From positions 20,165-84,164 of the forward strand of contig JAEWLN010000169.1 of the NCBI GenBank assembly GCA_023457535.1: 64,000 nucleotides of DNA. The letters are read 5' to 3'. Position numbers and translations under genes: made by a program. The first letter of the stretch is position 1, and every line of letters begins with the position of its first letter. The notes under the pieces were generated by a model. The model saw nothing but the letters and a program-made list of their open reading frames with translations, was not told where the DNA came from and did no database searches. Below are positions 53,189 to 61,845 of the stretch, one piece after another. This stretch comes from Bacteroidota bacterium. GTDB taxonomy: Bacteria; Bacteroidota; Bacteroidia; Flavobacteriales; Flavobacteriaceae.

Positions 53189-56119
53189 TCAACGGTTCAG
53201 AACAATTTTCTTGGTCGTCTTGCGCTGGCCGTTTTCGACCGACAGCAGATAGATGCCATTTTGCAGATGGTCCAGATGAAGCGTTTCTGCATTGCCGACC
53301 GCATTTTGGGACAAAATATGCCGTCCCTGCAAATCATACAATGTCAATCGCGTCTGACCCGATAATGGTCCGTCTAGCGTGACGTTCACAACGCCTGTCG
53401 TCGGGTTTGGATGCACGCCAAAATCGATGGCTTCTCTCGAGGACACGCCCAAGGCAGGTTGCACCGTACAAAAGTTGATTTTTGCGAAATTGACTATGCC
53501 GCCGTCGCCCACATGTGGATCTGTGACATAAATAGACCACACGCCGTTGGCCGGCTTGTTGTTGAAGAAACTCAGGTTTTGTGTCGACCGGACCGTTCCC
53601 GTAAGTGCCGGAACGCCCGCTGTACAACTTACCGGAGCACCGGAATCGTCAATTGTACAATCAATTCCCTGACTGTTGCCGCACGGCTCCTGTAACAAAA
53701 TCACACGCGGGAAACCCATTTCAAAAGTCCCTTCGAGTGTGACGGTCAAATCGCCAATGGCGCTGTGGGTAATGTCGAGCTCGACGTTGATATCGCCCAC
53801 GGTCATATTTCCCGAAACCTCAAACTGCAAAATCGCCATGCCGCTCGCCTGATCGTTGATGGCCGCGTTGGCGTAATCCATGGGCTCGAAACTGTTGTTG
53901 CAAACCAGTTCGCCGGTTTGGAACGAAAACGTCAAAGCCTGGGTTCCTTCACCGCATTGGTTGGCGGCAAATACGCGCCAGTAATAGGTCGTTGCCTGGT
54001 CGAGATTGGTAAGGGTGTAACTGGTGGTGTTCGATGTTGCATCGGTAATGATGTTGTTGAAAGCAGCGTCCGTGGCCACTTGTACATGGTAGGAATCCGC
54101 GTCATTTGCGGCGGTCCACGTCAGCGATACACCAGGAGAAACGCCGGTTTGACCATTGATTGGCGCTACGGCGGCTACCTGGGCGAAGTCCGCGCTGGAC
54201 ACTTTGAGCATCACGGTTCTGGTTTCCGTTTCGCTTCCGTTGCCCGCAATGACAGCAACCGGATAGATTCCCGGGACTGCATTTTGCAAATTCGATACCG
54301 TCATCGTAAAATTCCCCGATGTGGTCATCGTTGCCGGTGAAAAAGAAGCTGTCGCGCCCGCGGGAAGCCCCGATGCGCTGAACGTTGCCGCAGATGCGCC
54401 CGTATTGGCAAATCCAAACTGGAAGGTAGCAGATTGGTTCAGACAAGCCGTTTGCTCATCGGACAATGAAGTCACGCCAATTGCCGATGAAAGCCCGGTT
54501 ACGATAAACGCAAAATCCTGCGGACCGTTTTGCAGCGTGCCTTTGTGCGTCACGGTAATGGTGTAAGTGCCCGCTTCCGGGTTGTTGATGTTGATGCGCT
54601 CGACATTGTCCACGGCATTATCCTCTGAGGCGATGGCCGGTGCGTTGGCGTCGCTTTGCAATTTCCACGGGTAAAACGTGCTGCCGTTTTTAGAGATCCG
54701 GATGTCCAGGTCGTTGACCAGTGCAGGCGTCGTGCCATTGAGTGTTCCGTTTACGGTCGTGCCCGGAACGTCGGTCCAGCAAATGGACGCGAGCAACGGC
54801 GCGGTTCCGTCTGATACGGCGGTAAACGTAAAGGTTTGTCCTTGCAGGAGCGTTTCTTCAGAAATCCACGACTGCAAGCCGTTTTGTGAAATGGTCTGCG
54901 CGGCTTTTTTGGCATTGAGCAATCCCCAGCCCCAAACCGGATCAGGACCTACTTTTCCGCGATCATCGGCCGTATGGCAGGCCAGTCCTTTGAGTGTCGC
55001 CGATTTCATAAATCGGTTGGTGACATTGTTGTAATGTTGCTGGACAAGGATCAGCGTGCCCATCACATTGGGTGAGGCCATCGATGTGCCGCTCATTGAT
55101 CCGTACGAGGTGTTACTGTTCGAGGTCGATGAGGTCACGCCCGAGCCGTTGCCGGCAATGTCCGGTTTGATCCGGCGGTCATCGGTTGGACCTTCGCTGC
55201 TGCTTGAATTGATCGAAACACTGACCAGATTGCCCTGCGTGTCGACGTTGGCATCCTGCGCATTGGCAACCACGAGGTTGTTTTTGGCCGTTTTGTTGCC
55301 TGTGAGTTTGTCATATCCAGGCGTCATCGGAGACGGATTGTTCGCATTGCCATCGTTTCCCGCTGACAAGACCATCAGGTAATACGGCGCGTTGTACGCA
55401 ATGAGGTCGGCTGTTCGTGCCGCTCCTGAATACGCGCCCATAAACCAGCTGCCCGGCGCGTTCTCAACCGGAATTCCGTAAGAGTGGTTGGACAGCAACA
55501 TGCCATTGGCAGCCTCGGCGACCACTTCGGACGAATCGCTGTTCCAGTCGTAAGTGCGTACCGTGGATTGCGGCGCCATTCCCTTTGCATTGGCCTGTAC
55601 GCCTGATGCGGCTACTGTGCCGGATACGTGTGTCGCATGCGCGCTAAGGGTTCCGGCAGCATCGTTTACCGTGGCACGCCCGCCGAATTCCTGGTGCGAT
55701 ACCCGTGTGGTGCCGCCGTCCCAAACCCCTGAGAACATACCTTGTCCGTTGAGGTTCAACCCCAGTGAGCCGCCAGAATGAAGGTGGTTGGCACGCGTGG
55801 ATTTTGCCGCATTGACGTTGTCCAGCGAGTAGTAAATAGGTTTTCCGTCGTCGGACAGCGCCATGAGTTCGTCGAATTCGCCGTGCCCGTTCGGACGAAG
55901 GATCGGCCATCCGTTGATACGCGCGGCTTCAATCGCTTTGGCTTTCTGGATCTTGGCCTCGCGTGCGAGTTCCTTTTCGAGATTGCCCAACGCAACGAAA
56001 TCATAGTGGCGGGTAATTTGTTTGACTTGTTTGGCATTCTGCGCAAAGGCAGGCAGCATCAGCACCGGCAGCAAAAACGCGCCTATGGTTTTTAAGGTAG
56101 CAGCAGTGGTATTTTTCAA
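53189..56119 (-). CDS. S8 subtilisin-like protease with Fn3, P-domain and T9SS type A CTD
   Basis: VWDGG, HATHVSGT and GTSMASP catalytic triad; DITHSAIGDL P-domain; HPNP...GIYL...KKIV CTD. Confidence 0.92.
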   Translation of the reverse strand: MKNTTAATLKTIGAFLLPVLMLPAFAQNAKQVKQITRHYDFVALGNLEKELAREAKIQKAKAIEAARINGWPILRPNGHGEFDELMALSDDGKPIYYSLDNVNAAKSTRANHLHSGGSLGLNLNGQGMFSGVWDGGTTRVSHQEFGGRATVNDAAGTLSAHATHVSGTVAASGVQANAKGMAPQSTVRTYDWNSDSSEVVAEAANGMLLSNHSYGIPVENAPGSWFMGAYSGAARTADLIAYNAPYYLMVLSAGNDGNANNPSPMTPGYDKLTGNKTAKNNLVVANAQDANVDTQGNLVSVSINSSSSEGPTDDRRIKPDIAGNGSGVTSSTSNSNTSYGSMSGTSMASPNVMGTLILVQQHYNNVTNRFMKSATLKGLACHTADDRGKVGPDPVWGWGLLNAKKAAQTISQNGLQSWISEETLLQGQTFTFTAVSDGTAPLLASICWTDVPGTTVNGTLNGTTPALVNDLDIRISKNGSTFYPWKLQSDANAPAIASEDNAVDNVERININNPEAGTYTITVTHKGTLQNGPQDFAFIVTGLSSAIGVTSLSDEQTACLNQSATFQFGFANTGASAATFSASGLPAGATASFSPATMTTSGNFTMTVSNLQNAVPGIYPVAVIAGNGSETETRTVMLKVSSADFAQVAAVAPINGQTGVSPGVSLTWTAANDADSYHVQVATDAAFNNIITDATSNTTSYTLTNLDQATTYYWRVFAANQCGEGTQALTFSFQTGELVCNNSFEPMDYANAAINDQASGMAILQFEVSGNMTVGDINVELDITHSAIGDLTVTLEGTFEMGFPRVILLQEPCGNSQGIDCTIDDSGAPVSCTAGVPALTGTVRSTQNLSFFNNKPANGVWSIYVTDPHVGDGGIVNFAKINFCTVQPALGVSSREAIDFGVHPNPTTGVVNVTLDGPLSGQTRLTLYDLQGRHILSQNAVGNAETLHLDHLQNGIYLLSVENGQRKTTKKIVLNR

Positions 56120-56300
56120 AATAATGTTTGGGTTTTCAAAAATTTTCCAAATATACGCAATTGTGGTTCGCGTGCCGGTTTATTGTAGGTTTAGATATAA
56201 AATTAACGTAGGGTTGCGCATTTTGTGTGGAGAATCTGATAAAACGATAAAAAATTTCCAACCCAAACCGATAAGCGTTACTTTTACGAAAAAATACACC

Positions 56301-57740
56301 ATGGTTTTAAGCAGATTCTGGCTCGCGATTTTTATTTCGTCGATCGCATTTATCATCATCGGCTTGTTTGCCGGAAACCATTATACCATCGACTTTATCC
56401 TCAACGGAAAAAAGGACGAACCCATTCTCATCGGCGAAAAATACCTTAAGGATGTTCCGCGTTTTGTGGCCGATAGTATGGCTGCCAACGCAGATCGGAC
56501 GTTTGTCTTGAACCGAAACACCTCGGACGCCGATACGACTTTTGTCTACAAAAACCAAACGGTCAAAATATACAGCGGCGTCCAAAAATCCGACGGTTTG
56601 CTGCCCACGTGCAAAAACACCATCATCGATCTGATTATCCCGCTCATTGCTTACCTCGCCTTTTTTTGCGGGCTCATGGAGCTTTTGATCCTCTCGGGCG
56701 CGGCCGAAAAACTAGCCAAAGGGCTCAGTCCGGTATTTGTCAAGATTTTTCCGAGCGTGCCCAAAAACCACGAATCGATTTCGTACATGACGCTTAATTT
56801 TGCCGCGAATTTCCTCGGCCTGGATTCTGCCGCAACGCCGTTCGGACTTAAGGCGATGCAAAGTTTACAAGAGCTCAATCCCGATAAGGACCGCGCATCG
56901 GACCCGCAAATTATGTTCATGTGCCTTCATGCGGCCGGACTCACGCTGATCCCGACCTCTATCATTGGTTACCGCGCGGCGGAAAATGCGGCCAATCCGG
57001 CAGATGTCATGTTGCCGTGCATCATCACTTCATTTATTGGAACCGTAGCGGCATTTTTGATTGTGGGAATCAGGCAGCGCATCAATTTCAGGAGCGCATC
57101 GCTCGTGATCGGGCTCATGGCGCTTATGGGCGCAATCGTGGGACTGCTGTTTTACATCAACGCGCTTGATCTGGTAGGCAAGAATTATTTCACATCAAAT
57201 TTGTCAGGGTTGATGCTCGTAGGGATTATCGGCTTTACGCTGGTGTTTTCGTGGATGCGCGAAAAGCGATTTACCGCGGCCGATACGACCATTTTCGACA
57301 CTTTTGTAGCCGGCGCGCAAAACGGATTGAAAACCGGAGTAACTATTTTTCCGTATGTCCTTGGCATGCTTGTCGCGATTTCATTGTTCAGAAACAGCGG
57401 ATTGTTCGAAATCATCAGCAACTGGATTTCGTTTGCCTTTTCGCAGATGGGCGTGTCCAAACAAATCACCGACTCACTTCCTGTAGCCATGTTGCGACCA
57501 TTCTCTTCAGGCGGTTCGCGCGGGTTCATGATCGATGCCATGCGTACGTTCGGGCCGGATTCGTTTACCGGAAGACTGGTTTGCATTTTCCAATGCAGCG
57601 CAGAGACGACGTTTTACGTCATTGCGGTTTATTTTGGATCGGTCAAGATCAAGAATACGCGCTATGTACTCAGCACCATGCTGCTCGTTGATTTGATTTG
57701 CGTTTTTGCCGCGATTTTTGTGGCGAGCTGGTTCTTTTAA
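56301..57740 (+). CDS. Nucleoside-recognition (Gate) domain membrane protein, SpmA/SpmB fusion-like
   Basis: NFLGLDSAATPFGLKAMQSLQELNP, RPFSSGG, ETTFYVIAVYFGSV. Confidence 0.9.
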   Translation: MVLSRFWLAIFISSIAFIIIGLFAGNHYTIDFILNGKKDEPILIGEKYLKDVPRFVADSMAANADRTFVLNRNTSDADTTFVYKNQTVKIYSGVQKSDGLLPTCKNTIIDLIIPLIAYLAFFCGLMELLILSGAAEKLAKGLSPVFVKIFPSVPKNHESISYMTLNFAANFLGLDSAATPFGLKAMQSLQELNPDKDRASDPQIMFMCLHAAGLTLIPTSIIGYRAAENAANPADVMLPCIITSFIGTVAAFLIVGIRQRINFRSASLVIGLMALMGAIVGLLFYINALDLVGKNYFTSNLSGLMLVGIIGFTLVFSWMREKRFTAADTTIFDTFVAGAQNGLKTGVTIFPYVLGMLVAISLFRNSGLFEIISNWISFAFSQMGVSKQITDSLPVAMLRPFSSGGSRGFMIDAMRTFGPDSFTGRLVCIFQCSAETTFYVIAVYFGSVKIKNTRYVLSTMLLVDLICVFAAIFVASWFF

Positions 57741-58636
57741 TCCAGGATCATTTTTGCAGATTTTATAGTTTTTCCATCCTGGACCAATTCCGCCAGATAC
57801 AGACCGCTTGCGAGGTTTTCGCGTGCAACGGTAATTTTGTTGCCGTTGAGGTGGTATACCCGGCGCACACACTGGCCGTTGGCGTTGTACAGATTGAGCT
57901 GTGCGTTGTCGAGCGCCTGGCTTGCATCGATGAATAAAGTTTGTCCCATCGGGTTGGGCGAAAAGAAAACACCTGCGGTAGCCTGATGCTCCATTGTTCC
58001 GAGCGGTGCGAATGCGCCGCAATATTCCGGATCGCCAAACACATGCGTGCTGCCCAGAAAACTGCATTGGGTGTACACGCGGTAGCCGCCGCCACTTGAA
58101 TAGACGGGTGCGTACATGAAAAAGTCCGGGTAGAACGGATGCGCATTCGTACCCACGCCTTCAATCCAGGTCTGGTATACATGGCCGCCATTGAAAAGCG
58201 GAACAGATTTGAGCGTGATGCGTTTGCGCATACCTGCGTTTACGGCTATTTCGTCTACCGTGGCAGTGAACGCAACCCCTTTAAGCGTAATTTCATCGTC
58301 CGTTTCAAGGCTGAAATCGTAAAGCAATTCGTCGGCGCCATTGACGATTTTATAGATTTTTCGCGCATCGGCATCTTCGCGCAGATAAATGGTGTCCATC
58401 AAAACACTGGGCGACACGCTCCATTGCGGGAACGGATCGACGAATTTTTTGTAAGTATGCGATCCGATGACGGCATCCACGGGCGCTTCTATCACTTTGG
58501 TAATGGGCGGGCGGCAGCACGATACCCAATCGTAAACCACCCAGGTGGGCTGCTCGAGCAACGGATGATATTCTTGTGCCGAAAGACCGGCTCCACTACA
58601 CAAACAAGCGACTAAAAAAAGTAATTTTGTTTTCAT
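57737..58636 (-). CDS. T9SS type A sorting domain protein of unknown function
   Basis: Signal peptide; LLYDFSL and WIEGVG motifs; FSPNP...LASGLY CTD. Confidence 0.85.
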   Translation of the reverse strand: MKTKLLFLVACLCSGAGLSAQEYHPLLEQPTWVVYDWVSCCRPPITKVIEAPVDAVIGSHTYKKFVDPFPQWSVSPSVLMDTIYLREDADARKIYKIVNGADELLYDFSLETDDEITLKGVAFTATVDEIAVNAGMRKRITLKSVPLFNGGHVYQTWIEGVGTNAHPFYPDFFMYAPVYSSGGGYRVYTQCSFLGSTHVFGDPEYCGAFAPLGTMEHQATAGVFFSPNPMGQTLFIDASQALDNAQLNLYNANGQCVRRVYHLNGNKITVARENLASGLYLAELVQDGKTIKSAKMILD

Positions 58637-58820
58637 ATCCGATGCGTTTTTGAGGTTCGGGATCACGGCATCTTGCACGTAATACTGATACAATTTTACG
58701 CAGGATGCGCCAAACCGCCGCTTTTTTTCCGCAATCATCCCAGAAAGCCGATAAAACACGTTTTCGGATGTAACAATATCAGATTCATACTACTAAATAT
58801 AAATCATTAATCAAAATCAC

Positions 58821-59273
58821 ATGAAAACAGACATTTTTGATCCGCAGGCCAATGCGTCGCTGCAGGAACGGTTGCACCAGCTCACAGCGCAAAACCAACC
58901 CGTTTGGGGTAAGATGAATGCCGCGCAAATGGTGCTGCATTGCCAAAAGCCGCTTGATGTGGCCGACGGTAAACTGGTGCTCAAACGCAATCTCATCGGA
59001 TTCTTATTCGGGAAAATGGCCAAAAAAAGTTTCCTCAAAAGTGCGGAATTCAAGAAAAACCTTCCCACCGCGCCGCAATTCAAAATCGAACATGATCCGG
59101 GCTTTGAAGCCGAAAAACAAGTGCTGCTCGAGGCGATCCGCAAATTTGGCACCGTCGGCCCTAAAGTTATTGTCAATAGGAAACATCCGTTTTTTGGGAC
59201 GATGGACGACCACGAATGGGGCGTGTTGCAGTACAAACACCTCGACCATCATTTTAAGCAGTTTGGTCTGTAA
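58821..59273 (+). CDS. DUF1569 / DinB-like protein
   Basis: WGKMNAAQMVLHC, HPFFG, KHLDHHFKQFG. Confidence 0.88.
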   Translation: MKTDIFDPQANASLQERLHQLTAQNQPVWGKMNAAQMVLHCQKPLDVADGKLVLKRNLIGFLFGKMAKKSFLKSAEFKKNLPTAPQFKIEHDPGFEAEKQVLLEAIRKFGTVGPKVIVNRKHPFFGTMDDHEWGVLQYKHLDHHFKQFGL

Positions 59274-59317
59274 AAAAAAGATCCCGAATGGCATCATGTC
59301 ATCCGGGATTTTTTTTT
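59273..59317. terminator. Bidirectional intrinsic terminator
   Basis: A-tract, atcccgaatggc...gtcatccgggat, T-tract, between convergent genes. Confidence 0.75.
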
Positions 59318-59330
59318 AACGGTGGCCTTA

Positions 59331-59990
59331 TTATCCGATGGCCATCTCCGGTATATCGCCTTCCACGATCAGATCGGCCTCGGTAGAAGCGATGATGTGC
59401 TCCACCGAAACGCCCGGCGCGCGTTCGAGCAGTCTGAAACCATTTGGCGTGATTTCCATGACCGCGAGTTCGGTCACGACCTTTTTGACGCATCCCACGC
59501 CCGTGAGAGGCAATGTGCAACGCTTTAATATTTTCGATTCGCCTGCTTTGTTGACGTGCATCATCGCGACGATGATGTTCTCTGCAGACGCCACGAGGTC
59601 CATCGCGCCGCCCATTCCTTTGACCATTTTGCCTGGAATCTTCCAGTTTGCGATGTCGCCGTTTTCCGCCACTTCCATCGCGCCAAGGATCGTCAGGTCT
59701 ACTTTCTGGCTGCGGATCATGCCAAAACTAAACGCAGAATCAAAAAAACTTGCGCCCGGCAGTGTTGTGATCGTTTGCTTTCCGGCGTTGATGATATCTG
59801 CATCTTCTTCACCCGCGAACGGGAACGGACCCATTCCGAGCACGCCGTTTTCGCTTTGGAATTCGACCGAAATATCGGTACGGACATAATTGGCCACCAA
59901 TGTTGGGATCCCGATGCCAAGGTTGACGTAATAGCCGTCTTTGACCTCTTTGGCAATGCGTTGTGCGATTTGTTCTTTTCCGAGTGCCAT
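59331..59990 (-). CDS. scoB: 3-oxoacid CoA-transferase subunit B
   Basis: VNLGIGIPT, QSENG (catalytic Glu), GMGGAMDL. Confidence 0.95.
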   Translation of the reverse strand: MALGKEQIAQRIAKEVKDGYYVNLGIGIPTLVANYVRTDISVEFQSENGVLGMGPFPFAGEEDADIINAGKQTITTLPGASFFDSAFSFGMIRSQKVDLTILGAMEVAENGDIANWKIPGKMVKGMGGAMDLVASAENIIVAMMHVNKAGESKILKRCTLPLTGVGCVKKVVTELAVMEITPNGFRLLERAPGVSVEHIIASTEADLIVEGDIPEMAIG

Positions 59991-59995
59991 AATTT

Positions 59996-60937
59996 TTAAT
60001 TTAAATCGACGAGGATTGTGGACCACGGCGTGCGATTGCCGTTGGCGCAAACCGCGCGTACGTAAAATGTATATTGCGCCCAATTGGACAGTCCTGTAAA
60101 CGTAGGCGTTCCACCTGTTCCGATGGTATAAATCGTCGCGTTACTGATTGTTTGTGAGCCGCCCACCAAAGCATATTCAAAATTGCTCTCGCCGTTGTAA
60201 GACCATGTAAAGTTTGCCTGGCTCGGGCTGAGCTGCGTATAGTGAACATTGCTTGGTTGGGTGCACAGATTCTGGTTGTATTCTGAAAAGTACGTGTACG
60301 GTCCGGACCAGGAACTCCAACCCGTCCCGGCGGTGCAAAACGAGCGTACATAAAAATCGTATGTTGTGTTGGCCGTCATCGGAGCGGCAAAATAAAGACT
60401 GTTGGTGTTTTGGATCGTTCCGCTGCCCAGCGTAAAACCTTGCACGCCGAACGCTACCTGGTAATGGGACGTTGCTTCGTCATTTTCATTCCATTTGAAT
60501 GCAATGCCTTCACTGGTCAGGGTCATGCCCAAATCTGTCGGGGAACCGCAATAGTCTGCAAATTGCAAAGTCTTGGGTGCAGACCACGCGCTTTTGTTGT
60601 TGTCATCGCAAAAAGAGCGCACGTAAATCAGGTACGTTTGTCCGGGATATAAATTAAGGTCTGTGGCCGATACGCTTTCTGAGGTCGAATTCAAGGTGAG
60701 CATCGTTCCGTATTCCGGATTGTTGTCGGACTGCGCAATGATGGCTGAAACCTGATAATACAAAGGATCATTGCTGTCTGTCACCGATAGCAGAACGTTC
60801 CCGCTTTGTTGCGTGACGGAAAAGTCGGCCGCATTGGCGCACGTATTTACCGGCACGATGACCTGATCTTCAGCGTCGCCGCCACATCCGGCAGCCAGCC
60901 CGGCAACTGCCAGGAAAGGAAGGAATATTTTTTTCAT
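59996..60937 (-). CDS. Fibronectin type III repeat lipoprotein
   Basis: LAAGC lipobox; three repeats ending Y..YVR(S/A)xC...(S/T)xWS. Confidence 0.85.
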   Translation of the reverse strand: MKKIFLPFLAVAGLAAGCGGDAEDQVIVPVNTCANAADFSVTQQSGNVLLSVTDSNDPLYYQVSAIIAQSDNNPEYGTMLTLNSTSESVSATDLNLYPGQTYLIYVRSFCDDNNKSAWSAPKTLQFADYCGSPTDLGMTLTSEGIAFKWNENDEATSHYQVAFGVQGFTLGSGTIQNTNSLYFAAPMTANTTYDFYVRSFCTAGTGWSSWSGPYTYFSEYNQNLCTQPSNVHYTQLSPSQANFTWSYNGESNFEYALVGGSQTISNATIYTIGTGGTPTFTGLSNWAQYTFYVRAVCANGNRTPWSTILVDLN

Positions 60938-60950
60938 TTAAGAATCGGAA

Positions 60951-61655
60951 TTATTGTTTTTGGCGTACCGTGCGCTGTTCGATGCGTTTTTCAAATGTTT
61001 CGCCTTTAAAGATGCGTTGCACCATGATGCCCGGGATGTGAATTTCATTCGGATCGAGCGCGCCCACGGGAAGCAATTCCTCGACCTCTGCGATCGTAAT
61101 CTTTGCCGCTCCGGCCATCGGGGCGTTAAAATTGCGGGCCGTTCCTTTGAACACCAGATTGCCCGCTTCATCGCCTTTCCACGCTTTGACGATCGAAAAA
61201 TCGGCCTGGAAAGCGTGTTCAAGAATGTGCATTTTGCCGTTGAATTCGCGCGATTCCTTACCTTCGGCGACTTCGGTCCCATAACCGGCAGGCGTATAAA
61301 ATGCGGGAATTCCGGCTTGTGCGGCACGACATTTTTCAGCCAGCGTGCCTTGCGGGGTAAGCTCTACTTCGAGTTCGCCCGAGAGCATCTGACGTTCGAA
61401 TTCGGCATTTTCACCCACATAAGACGAAATCATTTTCCTGATCTGGCGCTTTTGCAACAGCAGCCCGAGTCCAAAATCATCTACACCGGCGTTATTGGAA
61501 ATGCACGTTAAATCCTTGACGTCTTTGCGCACGAGTTCGGCGATCGAATTCTCCGGAATCCCGCAAAGCCCGAAACCGCCAAGCATGATGGTTTGCCCGT
61601 CGGCGATCCCGTCAAGTGCTTGTTGTACTGAGTTTACTTTTTTGTTGATCATCAT
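60951..61655 (-). CDS. scoA: 3-oxoacid CoA-transferase subunit A
   Basis: [27 protein letters not shown]. Confidence 0.95.
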   Translation of the reverse strand: MMINKKVNSVQQALDGIADGQTIMLGGFGLCGIPENSIAELVRKDVKDLTCISNNAGVDDFGLGLLLQKRQIRKMISSYVGENAEFERQMLSGELEVELTPQGTLAEKCRAAQAGIPAFYTPAGYGTEVAEGKESREFNGKMHILEHAFQADFSIVKAWKGDEAGNLVFKGTARNFNAPMAGAAKITIAEVEELLPVGALDPNEIHIPGIMVQRIFKGETFEKRIEQRTVRQKQ

Positions 61656-61661
61656 ATTTTT

Positions 61662-61775
61662 TAGGGCGTTTCCCTGCGGGTCGGGCTATACGCTGCAATC
61701 TTTTTTGCTTCAAATTCTACAAAATGTAGAAACATTCGATGCACAAAAAAGGATTTCCGCTGCTATCCCTAACGC
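61662..61775 (+). repeat. Flavo-1-like element, copy 5
   Basis: agggcgtttccctgcgggtcgggctatacgctgcaatc...ggatttccgctgctatccctaacgc. Confidence 0.65.
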
Positions 61776-61778
61776 AGG

Positions 61779-61845
61779 CTGTCGAACGTCAAATGTCAAA
61801 CGTCGAACGGGTTTCATTCGACTTTGGACTTCCGACATTTGACTT
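61779..61845. repeat. 7-mer periodic imperfect inverted repeat spacer
   Basis: tcgaacg tcaaatg tcaaacg tcgaacg ... ttcgact ttggact tccgaca tttgact. Confidence 0.7.
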
